A stretch of 64,000 nucleotides of DNA from Candidatus Spongiihabitans sp. (GCF_965247905.1 NZ_OZ252047.1:2518845-2582844); one strand, 5' to 3'; numbered from the stretch's first letter, positions 44,945-55,530 are shown. Translations and numbers: made by a program. Notes: generated by a model from the sequence alone, not told the origin.

Positions 44945-45465
44945 GCTGCAGGCCTTTGAAATTCCAGCAATACCGCATCTGCAAGATCCGCGCCGCTAAA
45001 TTGGCCGCTAAATTGTATGATGGCAACTGCGGCAGTGGTCATCAACTTGCCGCTCAGGTTTTCGCGCATCGTAACGTCGGGACAATATCTAAGCAGCACG
45101 CTATCCATGCCCGGGTTGTGCCCGACTATCATCAGCCGATCATGCGCGCTTAAATTCTCAGTAATGATATCAACGATTGCGGATGCGGATGCCATATACA
45201 GCGCGTCGTCAAAATCAATGTTGATATCAGTGGCGAGGTCGCCCCAATCGGCCGAGTCATAAGCCAGTTGTAGCGTCTCTCTGGTTCTGCGCGCCGTTGA
45301 GCAGATGATGCGTTGCGGCGCATAACCCTGTTCGCGCAGCCAGCGCCCGACCTTTGGCGCATCCCTTCGACCGCGATGATTAAGCGGCCTGGCGTGATCG
45401 CTGTGCGCGCTGGAATACCAGTCGGATTTGGCATGTCGCAATAAAATGAGTTGTTTATTCGCCAT
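44935..45465 (-). CDS. sixA: SixA-like phosphohistidine phosphatase
   Basis: LILLRHAKS, RPLNHRG, CSTARRTRET, MIVGHNPG. Confidence 0.88.
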   Translation of the reverse strand: MANKQLILLRHAKSDWYSSAHSDHARPLNHRGRRDAPKVGRWLREQGYAPQRIICSTARRTRETLQLAYDSADWGDLATDINIDFDDALYMASASAIVDIITENLSAHDRLMIVGHNPGMDSVLLRYCPDVTMRENLSGKLMTTAAVAIIQFSGQFSGADLADAVLLEFQRPAAMA

Positions 45466-45570
45466 CAGTCGTTAAAGCCAAGTAGAATACGCGACCTATT
45501 TTAACCGATCTTGCTGCCATCAACATAACAAAAAAAACCCATGTCACAAAAAACCAGGTCATAAAAAACC

Positions 45571-46392
45571 ATGTCACAAAAACGCCACAAACACAAATCA
45601 GGCAGCACCGCCAGCTCGGCGGACCGTCATGCACTGTATGAAATTGCCGTGCAATCGGTTGAATCGGAAATTGATTTTGTTGATGAAACCTTTACCCATA
45701 TCCGCGCGCGCCAAGCCGATTTTTTGCGCGAGGATTTTTGCGGCACCGCGAACACCTGTTGCGAGTGGGTAAGACGGCGGCCATCCAATCGCGCCTTGGG
45801 CCTGGATTTAAGCCAGGAGGTACTGGACTGGGGCATCGCCAATAACATTAAAAAACTGAACAAAAAACAGCAGCAGCGCATCGAATTGCTCAATCAGAAT
45901 GTGCTGCGCTATGAGGGCAAACCAGCGGATATTATTATTGCAATGAATTTCAGTTATCAATTGTTCCAGACTCGGGATGAACTGCGCGGTTATTTTAGCC
46001 GCGCGCGTGATGGCTTGACTGAAGACGGCATTTTATTCATTGACGCCTACGGCGGTTACGATTCGTGGCGTGAAATCAAGGAAAAAACCAAGCATAAAGG
46101 CTTCACTTATTATTGGGATCAGAAAAAATTCGACCCCATAACAGCGAACATGATTTGCCACATTCATTTTAAGTTCAAGGACGGCTCGAAAATGAAGCGC
46201 GCGTTCACCTACGAATGGCGCATGTGGACGTTGCCGGAGCTGCGCGAAATTCTTGGCGAAGCCGGATTCAGCAAGGTGACGGTATATTGGGAAGGAACCG
46301 ATGAGGATGGCGAATGGGATGGCATTTATTCGGCCGCCGAACATGGTGAAGATGAGCCCGCCTGGATCGTTTATGTGACTGCGGAAAAGTGA
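45571..46392 (+). CDS. Class I SAM-dependent methyltransferase
   Basis: LREDFCGTA motif I variant, GLDL, AMNFSY. Confidence 0.75.
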   Translation: MSQKRHKHKSGSTASSADRHALYEIAVQSVESEIDFVDETFTHIRARQADFLREDFCGTANTCCEWVRRRPSNRALGLDLSQEVLDWGIANNIKKLNKKQQQRIELLNQNVLRYEGKPADIIIAMNFSYQLFQTRDELRGYFSRARDGLTEDGILFIDAYGGYDSWREIKEKTKHKGFTYYWDQKKFDPITANMICHIHFKFKDGSKMKRAFTYEWRMWTLPELREILGEAGFSKVTVYWEGTDEDGEWDGIYSAAEHGEDEPAWIVYVTAEK

Positions 46393-46422
46393 CGGCGAAG
46401 GCGGCAAACGCCGTCGCCGTCA
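46390..46422. terminator. GC-rich hairpin between convergent genes
   Basis: TGACGGCGA-A-GGCG-GCAAA-CGCC-G-TCGCCGTCA; no clear U-tract. Confidence 0.5.
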
Positions 46423-46529
46423 TGCCAACGGAAAGCCTGCCCCTGACTTGAACAGGGGTTGGTATCCAGTCAATAGTGCGTCCCGCGCAACGGAACACAA
46501 CCAGCGGCGACGCGCGACCGCCGCTTTGG

Positions 46530-48146
46530 TCATGACTCACAATCAGACGAAATTGCCTGGCAAGGCGTGGTGATTATCCGATCCAGCAAATTATCATATT
46601 CGATGCGGTTGACCTGATAATCAATAACATCATCGATATGTTGCAATTTCACAATCCGCTCGTCTTTATAGGCTTGCAAAAGATCCCTGAAAGATGTTTC
46701 ACCGGATTGATATTTTTGATGCTCAATTTCGGTGCTTTGTGCGGCCGCATCAATGGCCGCAAGCAGTCGGTCTTCGTCCAGCGTCAGCAAGGTATTCAGT
46801 AATTGAATGTCGGCAAGGATGTCTTGCAGTTTTTTTTGGTAGCTGATTTCCAGTTTTCGGACGCCCAACCGGGATTTGCTCAAATTTGCTCGATTAGAAA
46901 TGTTGCCGCCCAAAGGATAACTGAATTCCAAACCGGCTGAATAGGTTATTTTATCGTCATCGTAAGTCGAGGTTGCGGTGGTGTTTCTGCTGTTCAGGTT
47001 TTTTTCGGCGCGCACGGTAAAATTCAACGTCGGCAGGGTTTGTTTTTGGTGATAGTCAATTTCAAGCTGGCTTAATTCGATATTCATGGCAATTCTTTGT
47101 AAATCTCGATTGCGGGTTTGCAAATAATTTGGCAAACTTTCTGTGACCAGTTCAGCGCGCTTGCGTAAATCGAAACTCGGGGTTTCGGTTAAAATCGTCC
47201 GGTCATCCAATAGCACCGATAATTTTTCCCGGATAGCCTGCAATTGGATGCGGGCATCCGAGTCGTATTGTTCGATTTCATAAACCGTGCTTTTCAAAAG
47301 CACTGATTCGGCATTGTCCTTAGGGTTCAATCGCCGCAATTTATGCAACAATTCCCGGTTGATTAGCATTCGTTTTTGATACAAAAGCCACGACAGGTAA
47401 TCGTTTAATCGATCATCCAAAAAATCCTCTTTGGTTTCATAAAATAATAACTGCTGCCGCTTGAAATCGACAATATCGCGGTGGTGAGTTTTCAGCGACT
47501 GGGCGTTGGAATCGGGCTTGAGCAGCGGGTATTTAACGCTAATATACTGCGTGGTTTCGTATTCTTTTAAGGTACGGCTTGCGGTATGAGAAGGTTTTTT
47601 AGCATAAGGCGCACCCCGGCCATCGTCGTCTATGCTGATTCTTTTATATTGATTTTCCCGTGTTTTGTCCTGACTTCGACTCACACCGATTGCCAAGGCA
47701 AGCGGGCTGGTCAAAAACCGTTTTTCAAAACTCAAGCCGATTTTTCTTGGATAGTCTTGGCTTTTTTTCGTATAGGTGAGGGTGGAACTGGCATCCCGAT
47801 CTAAATCCTGGTAACGATAATCCAGATCGACCGACAGGTTTATTTTCCAGTTTTGATAATTATCACGGCTGGCATCGCGTTCGATCTGTTTTATATCCAA
47901 GCCAATTTGCGCTTCTTCCAGCAGTTTGTCTTGAGCCAGCACCTTTTCGATAAACTGCGCTTCGGTGATGGCAAAAGCAGGGGCGGAGAATAAAAGCAAA
48001 CCGCAAGCAAACCACGTGTTGATGCGGATACTACCGCCACCGCCATTGCCACGCTCATTTCCCGTATTTTTCCGTTGCGCTGGCCAACATAATGCCGGCC
48101 AATGTAAGGTGCGTTTTTTCGATGATGTTTTCCTTGTTGCAGTCAT
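46530..48146 (-). CDS. TolC-family outer membrane protein
   Basis: Signal peptide ending APAFA, helical repeats, LPTLNF...GLEFSYPL, YQSGETSFRDLL. Start uncertain. Confidence 0.7.
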   Translation of the reverse strand: MTATRKTSSKKRTLHWPALCWPAQRKNTGNERGNGGGGSIRINTWFACGLLLFSAPAFAITEAQFIEKVLAQDKLLEEAQIGLDIKQIERDASRDNYQNWKINLSVDLDYRYQDLDRDASSTLTYTKKSQDYPRKIGLSFEKRFLTSPLALAIGVSRSQDKTRENQYKRISIDDDGRGAPYAKKPSHTASRTLKEYETTQYISVKYPLLKPDSNAQSLKTHHRDIVDFKRQQLLFYETKEDFLDDRLNDYLSWLLYQKRMLINRELLHKLRRLNPKDNAESVLLKSTVYEIEQYDSDARIQLQAIREKLSVLLDDRTILTETPSFDLRKRAELVTESLPNYLQTRNRDLQRIAMNIELSQLEIDYHQKQTLPTLNFTVRAEKNLNSRNTTATSTYDDDKITYSAGLEFSYPLGGNISNRANLSKSRLGVRKLEISYQKKLQDILADIQLLNTLLTLDEDRLLAAIDAAAQSTEIEHQKYQSGETSFRDLLQAYKDERIVKLQHIDDVIDYQVNRIEYDNLLDRIITTPCQAISSDCES

Positions 48147-48250
48147 TGCAGCCCTCCTTGGCTATCCGTGAAAAAATCCGATTATAGAACACTTTATTAA
48201 AAATAACAATAGATTTTATCGACAAACTTTAGCGTCTCCGGAAGACCATA

Positions 48251-48285
48251 GAGACAATAAATATGAGACAATAAATATGAGACAA
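48251..48285. repeat. Tandem repeat, 14 bp x2.5
   Basis: GAGACAATAAATAT repeated. Confidence 0.85.
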
Positions 48286-48316
48286 CCAATCTGGCAATGC
48301 GCCAGTGCGGTTGAGC

Positions 48317-50767
48317 CTATGCCCTCGGTCTTTCGTTAGCGGGATCCCAAACAGGTTCGCTTAAAACCGTGGCTTTTCTATTCTCGCCCAACAGATAGAC
48401 CTCAAAACTTGACCCGGGTTCGGCGTATTTAGGTGCAACATAGGCAAAGCCCAGGCTACGTTGTGTCGTGTGCCCGTAGCCGCCCGAGGTGGTTACGCCA
48501 ATGACCTGGTCACCGTCTAAAACGGTTTCACCACCCACTACGTCGTTATCGCCTGCTTCCACTTCGAAATAGACCAGTTGCATTGCTATATTATTCTCGA
48601 CCACGTCCAGCGTTGCCTGCCTGCCAACAAAGTTTTCTTTTTTCTCTGAAAAGAATCTCATGGCATCGGCTTCCAGCATGGATATTTCATTGGTTAATTC
48701 CGCCCCCCAGCCTTTGTAGGCTTTTTCGATTCTTAAGGAATTCATCGCATAGGTTCCAAAGTTTGCGATACCATGGGCTTGGCCGGCTGCCCAAACCGCT
48801 TCATAGACTCCAAGCATATTTGCCATTGGGCAATGCAATTCCCATCCGAGTTCGCCGACATAGTTGACGCGCAACGCCCGAACTGCATGTCCCGCAATCT
48901 CAATTTCTTTTCCTGTCAACCAACGAAATGATTGGTTGGACAAGTCGGACTCTGTCAGTCCGGCCAGGGTTTCACGAGTGCTGGGACCGGCAACCACAAT
49001 GACGCCCCAATGGTCGGTAATATTGGTTATGGTCACGTCCTCACCGTCAGCAATGCCCTGGGTCAAAATAGACAAATCTCGTTCTTCGCTGGCAGAACCT
49101 GAAAGCACATAGTATTGTCCTTCTCGCAATCGTGTGACCGTGGATTCGCCATTCAGCCGCCCGCTTTCCGCCAGATAATGGGTCAAGGCGATGCCGCCTT
49201 CGCGAATGGGCATTTTGTTGGCGCTGATGCGATTCAAAAACGGCTCGGCGTCTTTTCCAACCACGTCGTATTTCGCAAATGCGGACAATTCCAAAACGCC
49301 CACTCTTTCGCGAACCGCACGACATTCCTGCGCGACTACTTCAAAGGTATTGTTATGGCGGAATCCGATTTCTTCAATCCGGCCGTCAAGGGAAAACCAT
49401 TTTGGCCTTTCCCAGCCGTTGGCGTCAGTGTGCACCGCGCCTCGGGATTCCAGCAAATCATACAACGGGGTGGTGCGCTGTTTGCGCGAGGCCGGGCGCT
49501 CTTCGCCAGGAAGATGAAGTTGATACATGCACTCATAATCTTCGTGCGATTTGCCCTTGGTGTAATCCCCCGGCGCATAGTCGCTGAAGCGGCGTGGATC
49601 GACGCCGGCCATGTTTATTTCCGCATCGCCGTAAATCATCCATTGGGAAAGGTATTTGCCCGAGCCGGCGCCCGCGGCGATGCCGATTGACGCGCCGTTG
49701 CAATGCCAGAAATTTCGCAATCCCGCGGCTGGCCCGAGAAACGGATTGCTGTCCGGGGTATGCGGTATGGCGCCGCAGACCACGCGCTTGATGCCGAGCT
49801 CGCGCCACATTGGAATTCGTTCCATTACCCGTTCAACATAGGGCATGATGTTTTCTAAATTTGCCTCAAACAACTCATTTTCCGCATCCCATTCGGGCCA
49901 GCCGCCACGATGAGTCCAGCACTCTTCGGAGTTTTGCTTTTCATAAATGCCAATCAACCCGGATTTTTGTTCCTGACGATAGTATGAGGATGGATAGGGA
50001 TCGCGAATGATCGGCATTTCGTCATCCCGGTCCAAAAATTCCTGAACCGTGTCGGTGACCAGATAGGTGTGCTTCATATTGATCATCGGCACATCGGCGC
50101 CGACCATTTGACCGACCTGCCGGGCATAGCACCCGGCCGCATTGACCACGTGCTCGGCGATGACCTTGCCCTGTTCCGTAAGCACTTCCCATTCGTCGCC
50201 TTTGCCACCGGATTTACGCTGCTTAATATCGGTGACGCGGATACCGGTCACTATTGTCGCGCCCATTTGCCGCGCGCCTTTGGCCATGGCATTGCACACC
50301 CCGGCAGGGTCAACATGGCCATCGGTAAAGGTGCGCGCGCCGGCAAGCACGCCGTCGATGTTGGCGTACGGAATGAGTTGCTTGATTTTTGCGGGATCGA
50401 TAATTTCGCAATCGAAGCCAATCATTTTTCCAACGCCTTTGACGCGCTGAAACCATTCCACCTCGGCCGGTTTTAATGCGAACCTGATGCCGCCGCAACC
50501 ATGCCAACTGACATACTGCCCGGTGAGTTGCTCCAGTTTGGGATACAGGCGCACGCCGTAATCATGAATTTTCGCCATGTTGTAATCGGCGATGAGGTTC
50601 GGACACTGCCCGGCCGCGTGCCAGGTGGAGCCGGAAGTCAACTCGCCTTTTTCAATCAACAAGCAATCGCTCCAGCCCTCCTCGGCCAAGTGATAGGCCA
50701 GGCTCGTGCCCATCATGCCGCCGCCGATGATGACGACTTTTGCCTGGGATGGGAGTTTTTTAGTCAC
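48317..50767 (-). CDS. Dimethylglycine/sarcosine dehydrogenase-like FAD oxidoreductase with GcvT domain
   Basis: IIGGGMMG, ELTSGSTWHAAG, GWERPKWF, LRIEKAYKGWG, TSGGYGH. Confidence 0.88.
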   Translation of the reverse strand: MTKKLPSQAKVVIIGGGMMGTSLAYHLAEEGWSDCLLIEKGELTSGSTWHAAGQCPNLIADYNMAKIHDYGVRLYPKLEQLTGQYVSWHGCGGIRFALKPAEVEWFQRVKGVGKMIGFDCEIIDPAKIKQLIPYANIDGVLAGARTFTDGHVDPAGVCNAMAKGARQMGATIVTGIRVTDIKQRKSGGKGDEWEVLTEQGKVIAEHVVNAAGCYARQVGQMVGADVPMINMKHTYLVTDTVQEFLDRDDEMPIIRDPYPSSYYRQEQKSGLIGIYEKQNSEECWTHRGGWPEWDAENELFEANLENIMPYVERVMERIPMWRELGIKRVVCGAIPHTPDSNPFLGPAAGLRNFWHCNGASIGIAAGAGSGKYLSQWMIYGDAEINMAGVDPRRFSDYAPGDYTKGKSHEDYECMYQLHLPGEERPASRKQRTTPLYDLLESRGAVHTDANGWERPKWFSLDGRIEEIGFRHNNTFEVVAQECRAVRERVGVLELSAFAKYDVVGKDAEPFLNRISANKMPIREGGIALTHYLAESGRLNGESTVTRLREGQYYVLSGSASEERDLSILTQGIADGEDVTITNITDHWGVIVVAGPSTRETLAGLTESDLSNQSFRWLTGKEIEIAGHAVRALRVNYVGELGWELHCPMANMLGVYEAVWAAGQAHGIANFGTYAMNSLRIEKAYKGWGAELTNEISMLEADAMRFFSEKKENFVGRQATLDVVENNIAMQLVYFEVEAGDNDVVGGETVLDGDQVIGVTTSGGYGHTTQRSLGFAYVAPKYAEPGSSFEVYLLGENRKATVLSEPVWDPANERPRA

Positions 50768-50788
50768 CGCTCAAATAGATGATTGTTA

Positions 50789-51376
50789 TTAGTCGTCATT
50801 CGGGGAATGTTCATCCACTTCCGTGTGCGACTTCCCTTCCATCTGCAGCACTCTATCCCGCAACGCGATACCGACAACACGAGTGATTTTTTCTATATCA
50901 ATATCTTCATCAAACGCAACCTGCGATATTTTATCAAACTGATCTTTATCCTTCGCCTCCAAATCATCCAATAATTTTTCCTTACAGAACAAGAAACACT
51001 GTTCCTGCACTTTATAGGCATTCATGCCTTGAGTATCACCATGCAGTTTGTCTGCATAGGCATCCACTACTTTCTCGGCATCTATTTTCTCGAAAAGTTC
51101 TTGACCATACTCAGATAATGTTACTGGGCTATCGATTTTTTCTATGGCACGGCCATGACGCATCACAATCACCCGATAAACTTCGTCCACCTTTTTGGTG
51201 AGTCCTTCAACGTTTTTAGTGAGTCCTTCAATGATTTTCTCGACCCCAGATAATCTGTTGTCGACCGTGGTTGTCCAAGTTGATATTTTCCAGACCACCC
51301 CAATAACGGCGATGACAACCGCAACCCAACCCCAAGAGGAAAGATTAAACGATTGCATTATGGCGTTTATATTCAT
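50789..51376 (-). CDS. Hypothetical protein (N-terminal TM, coiled coil)
   Basis: 195-aa ORF; hydrophobic WGWVAVVIAVIGVVW, EGLTKNVEGLTKKV repeat; family not recognised. Confidence 0.7.
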   Translation of the reverse strand: MNINAIMQSFNLSSWGWVAVVIAVIGVVWKISTWTTTVDNRLSGVEKIIEGLTKNVEGLTKKVDEVYRVIVMRHGRAIEKIDSPVTLSEYGQELFEKIDAEKVVDAYADKLHGDTQGMNAYKVQEQCFLFCKEKLLDDLEAKDKDQFDKISQVAFDEDIDIEKITRVVGIALRDRVLQMEGKSHTEVDEHSPNDD

Positions 51377-51428
51377 GCTGATTCTCCTTATCTGTTATGC
51401 GATATGCGCGCAGTATTGTAGCAAATTT

Positions 51429-53015
51429 TTATTCCGGTTCAAACCTTGCCTTCATCTGCTCGCGCGGCAGCCTTATATCAAATTTTTCCCGAATGCGCGC
51501 ATCCAGTTCATCGGAGATGTGCGTCGGGAAATGAGTTGCCAAAATTTCTTTGGTTTTTTCCCGCGCAACATCATTGACTGTTTTGGAGCCCAATTCCTTC
51601 CATTCCGCCGGGGTTAATCGGTTGCCCACATCAGGATAAACGTAATCGGATTCCATCCTCGATAAAGTGGCTTGGTGTCCAAGAAAATGCTCCGGGCCGT
51701 TTATGCAAACATCCTCAATGGCTTCCAGGGCAAGGTTTTCCGTATCCACTTCAACGCCGCGAACGCTGCGATTGATCGCGCCCAGCATATCATTATCGAT
51801 GGTCGCGCCCTCAAAACTAAAGCCGAGCAAACTGGCCTGCATCCCCACCGTTTCATACACCAAATTGGCGCCGCTATGGCCGGCAAGCGCTAGGGTATAG
51901 CCTTTTTCAAACCCGGACTGGGCATCGGGAATTTTGGAATCGGCCATGCCCGCGGCAATGCCGGTGGGCAAGTTCAAATAGCGGCCGACCTGGCCGCAAG
52001 CAGCCATCAAAATCGCCTGCTCGCCACTGCCGCCGCTCATGGCGCCGGTGCGTAAATCGGAAACAAACGGCCATGGGCCATAGATACAGGGATGTCCCGG
52101 AACAATCAGATTGGCATACGCCAATGCCGCCAAAGACTCCGCACATTCCTGCACCACCGCGCCAGCCAGCGACGCCGGACTGGTCGCGCCGGCCTGCCCG
52201 GCCGCGAGCAGCAATACCGGCATGCCGCCGCGAATGCATACCTCCATAACCCGGCACGCATCTTCGGCGAAACGCAATGGCGGCACCACAAAACAACACG
52301 ACACGCTGGCAAACGGGCGGGCGCGCCATTTATCTTCGCCGCCGGCGATTTCATGCAACAGTTTCAAGCCTTCCTCGGCGTGCTGCGGTTCCACATAACT
52401 TACCCCGCAGTGTTTGGTGGTGCCGGAAACCGAGGCATAGGTGGTATTCAAATCCATCGCTGCCGGCTGCTCGATATCGCGGGCAACCATGCAACGCTGG
52501 AAAAAATGAATATGCTCATGATGATCCACCAAGCGCGCCGCATCGTATAAATCCTGCAACGTGGATTCCCGATAAACGCCAGCTTTTCTGCCGGTGTATT
52601 GATCATGATGCTTCCATTCATCGACCACATGCACCGCCGCGCCTGCGGTGCCGAAATGTATTTTGTTTCCGCTGAGGTGCATATCATGTTCAGGAGACTG
52701 ACCGTACAGGGTAATATCGCGCGCGCAGGTTTCCATAGTCCATTCAATCAGTTCTCGCGGAAACAACAACCGACCTTCCGCGGTTAACTTCCCCCCAGCC
52801 TTGGTCACCATTTCAACGCACGATGGCAACTGCCGGGTAAAGCCGACATTCTCCAAAAGATCGAGCATAGCTTCATGCACCCGTTTTAAGTCAGCCTCAG
52901 TCAGCGGCATAAACCGCCCGCCGCTTTGCCCCGGTCGAACCGGCTTGTTCTCTTCGGCTAACGGTGCGGCGCGTAATGCCTTTCTCGCTTCTCTGCCGCC
53001 TGCTCTTCTAACCAT
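51429..53015 (-). CDS. MttB-superfamily (non-pyrrolysine) methyltransferase
   Basis: FGTAGAAV, GATSPASLAGAV, SDLRTGAMSGGSGE, DSKIPDAQSG; no internal TAG. Confidence 0.88.
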   Translation of the reverse strand: MVRRAGGREARKALRAAPLAEENKPVRPGQSGGRFMPLTEADLKRVHEAMLDLLENVGFTRQLPSCVEMVTKAGGKLTAEGRLLFPRELIEWTMETCARDITLYGQSPEHDMHLSGNKIHFGTAGAAVHVVDEWKHHDQYTGRKAGVYRESTLQDLYDAARLVDHHEHIHFFQRCMVARDIEQPAAMDLNTTYASVSGTTKHCGVSYVEPQHAEEGLKLLHEIAGGEDKWRARPFASVSCCFVVPPLRFAEDACRVMEVCIRGGMPVLLLAAGQAGATSPASLAGAVVQECAESLAALAYANLIVPGHPCIYGPWPFVSDLRTGAMSGGSGEQAILMAACGQVGRYLNLPTGIAAGMADSKIPDAQSGFEKGYTLALAGHSGANLVYETVGMQASLLGFSFEGATIDNDMLGAINRSVRGVEVDTENLALEAIEDVCINGPEHFLGHQATLSRMESDYVYPDVGNRLTPAEWKELGSKTVNDVAREKTKEILATHFPTHISDELDARIREKFDIRLPREQMKARFEPE

Positions 53016-53147
53016 ATGTTTGAATCATGAGTTTTAATGTTGAAAAGGAACGCGGAGTATCATTGAATCCGATGTCAATGATATAATATTTAACGACTCG
53101 AATTTCAATTTCCGCGCCGTTGAAATTTTCGCCATTGCAATCAATTA

Positions 53148-54122
53148 TCAGGCCTTGCGGGCGTCTCGCGGGGTAACGCCATAACTGGAATAATAGCGGC
53201 TGCTGAAATGTCCGGCGGACTTGAACCCGCAAGCCACCGCAACATCAATAACTTTCATGGCGCTGGTCTCCAGCATTTTTCGAGCGGCATCCAGCCGCAT
53301 AGTCAGATAGTAGCGCGCCGGGGTGGTATTCAAGTAGCGGCGGAACAACCTTTCCAACTGGCGTTTGGATACCTCGACCAAACGCGCCAGTTCGTTAGGC
53401 GACAGCGGTTGCTCTATATTGGCTTCCATCAGCTCAATGCACTCCAGCAACGCCGGATGGCTTACACCGGTGCGCGCCTGAATATGCATTCGTTGTGGTT
53501 CGCCAGGGTGGCGAATATTGGGATGAATCATCGCATCCGCCACCGAGGCGGCTAACTCGTGTCCATGATGTTGCTCAATGATATAGAGCATCATATCCAT
53601 GGAAACCGCTCCCCCGGAACAGGTTACTCGGTTGCCGTCGATTTCATAGACATCGGATGACACTTTATGTTTTGGGAAGGCTTCAACAAACTCGGCCCGA
53701 TTTTCCCAGTGGGTGGTGCATTGAATGCCATCCAGCAGACCCGATTCAGCGAGAATGTGGCAGCCCGTTTCAATGCCACCAATAACAATGCCGCGCTTAC
53801 TCTGCCTCACCAGCCAATCAAGCGTCAGTTGATGATTGAAATTTTTAGGCTCATAGGGGCCGCTGACAAAGATCATGGCAAAATCCGGCGCATTGTCAAC
53901 CGCGTATTTTGCGGCTAATGCCATCCCATTGGTTGCGAAAACGCTGGCTCCGTTTTCAGTGACGATAGACCACTGATACAGCGGTTTGCGTGACATGCGA
54001 TTGGCTATGCGCAACGGCTCTACCGCCGATATCAATGGCAGCATGCTGAAGTTATCGGATATATAAAACCCTATTTCTCGTTCCGCGCCTTCCGTGATTG
54101 CGCCGTATTGGGCTTTGTTCAT
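53148..54122 (-). CDS. GlxA/GbdR-type AraC regulator
   Basis: EPLRIANR, DJ-1-like N-terminal domain, RQLERLF and CGFKSAGHFS HTHs. Confidence 0.88.
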   Translation of the reverse strand: MNKAQYGAITEGAEREIGFYISDNFSMLPLISAVEPLRIANRMSRKPLYQWSIVTENGASVFATNGMALAAKYAVDNAPDFAMIFVSGPYEPKNFNHQLTLDWLVRQSKRGIVIGGIETGCHILAESGLLDGIQCTTHWENRAEFVEAFPKHKVSSDVYEIDGNRVTCSGGAVSMDMMLYIIEQHHGHELAASVADAMIHPNIRHPGEPQRMHIQARTGVSHPALLECIELMEANIEQPLSPNELARLVEVSKRQLERLFRRYLNTTPARYYLTMRLDAARKMLETSAMKVIDVAVACGFKSAGHFSSRYYSSYGVTPRDARKA

Positions 54123-54397
54123 GTGTCTGGAAAGATTAAAATAATTGGCTTATTATCAATTGAGAAAACGTCATTGGCAATAAACATTGACAAGAAATTA
54201 TTGCCGAATGCCACTTTTTCATTGACAGAGGGCGATACGGCAATCAAAATACGCCCGATTTACGATTACTCGTCACCATCGCCTGCGGCTATTCCGATTT
54301 AGCCTGACCCGATTTAGCCGGAATGTAGTGTATAAAACATGAGCAACAAGCCACCAGAAGAGCGCTTGTATTCATACTTAACTTATGACCCGTCGTC

Positions 54398-54436
54398 AAT
54401 AATCATTGGGAATAATCATTGGGAATAATCATTGGG
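54398..54436. repeat. Tandem repeat, 13 bp x3, overlapping the tRNA-Gln 5' end
   Basis: AATAATCATTGGG x3; the last TGGG is the tRNA start. Confidence 0.9.
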
Positions 54437-54510
54437 GTGTAGCCAAGCGGCCTAAGGCACCAGATTTTGATTCTGGCATTTCGGAGGTTCGAATCCTCCC
54501 ACCCCAGCCA
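54433..54510 (+). tRNA. tRNA-Gln (TTG)
   Basis: TGGGGTG acceptor stem, CCAGA-TT-TTG-AT-TCTGG anticodon arm, GGAGG-TTCGAAT-CCTCC T-arm, CCA; precedes prs. Confidence 0.95.
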
Positions 54511-54541
54511 CTAGATTCGCCCATTCAATTTGTAAGCAAAC

Positions 54542-55495
54542 ATGGTATCACCTGAAAATCTGGCAGTATTCGCCGGCAACGCTAATCCCGGATTAGCCGC
54601 GGAAGTGGTGCAGTCGCTGGGAATACCCCTGGGCAAAGCCACCGTGGGAACGTTTAGCGATGGTGAGGTCAACGTGGAGATTATGGAAAATGTTCGCGGC
54701 CGGGATGTTTTTATCATCCAGCCCACCTGCGCCCCGAGCAATGACAATCTGATGGAATTGCTGGTCATGATAGACGCCATTAAACGCTCGTCCGCAGGCC
54801 GAATTACCGCCGTTATCCCCTATCTCGGTTATGCCCGCCAGGACCGGCGGCCGCGCACCGCTCGGGTTGCCATTTCGGCGAAACTGGTTGCGGAAATGAT
54901 CAGCGTTGCCGGCGCTGATCGGGTTCTGACCATGGATCTGCATGCCGATCAAATCCAGGGCTTTTTTGATATTCCCATAGACAATATCTATGGATCGCCG
55001 GTATTGATGAGCGAATTATGGCGCAAGCAACTGCCTAATCCGATTGTTATATCGCCTGACGCCGGCGGCGTCGTGCGTGCGCGCGCGATGGCCAAACAAC
55101 TGGAAACCGGTCTTGCCATCATCGACAAACGCCGTCCCAAAGCCAATGAAGCTAAAGTGATGCATATCATCGGCGATGTTTCTGAGCGCTCCTGTATTCT
55201 GATCGATGACATAGTGGATACCGCCAATACCCTGTGCGAAGCGGCGCGCGCGCTAAAACAGCACGGCGCAATCAAGGTGCTTGCAAGTTGCACTCATGCG
55301 GTTCTGTCCGGCGACGCGATCAAGCGCATCAATGATTCGGAAATCGATGAACTGCTGGTTACCAATTCAATTCCGCTGCGGGAAGATGCCCAAAATTGCG
55401 CCAAGATCAAGCAATTAAGCGTGGCCGAATTATTAGCCGAGTCGATCCGCCGCGTGGCGACCGCCGACTCAATCAGCAACCTGTTTATCGATTAA
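54542..55495 (+). CDS. prs: Ribose-phosphate pyrophosphokinase
   Basis: [35 protein letters not shown]. Confidence 0.97.
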   Translation: MVSPENLAVFAGNANPGLAAEVVQSLGIPLGKATVGTFSDGEVNVEIMENVRGRDVFIIQPTCAPSNDNLMELLVMIDAIKRSSAGRITAVIPYLGYARQDRRPRTARVAISAKLVAEMISVAGADRVLTMDLHADQIQGFFDIPIDNIYGSPVLMSELWRKQLPNPIVISPDAGGVVRARAMAKQLETGLAIIDKRRPKANEAKVMHIIGDVSERSCILIDDIVDTANTLCEAARALKQHGAIKVLASCTHAVLSGDAIKRINDSEIDELLVTNSIPLREDAQNCAKIKQLSVAELLAESIRRVATADSISNLFID

Positions 55496-55530
55496 CCCCA
55501 CTATTGATTAACCCAACCAAGAGTAAGAAA

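Noticed and set aside
51429-53015. Pyrrolysine recoding in the MttB homolog
   Set aside because: The ORF is uninterrupted, with no in-frame TAG and no pyl genes.
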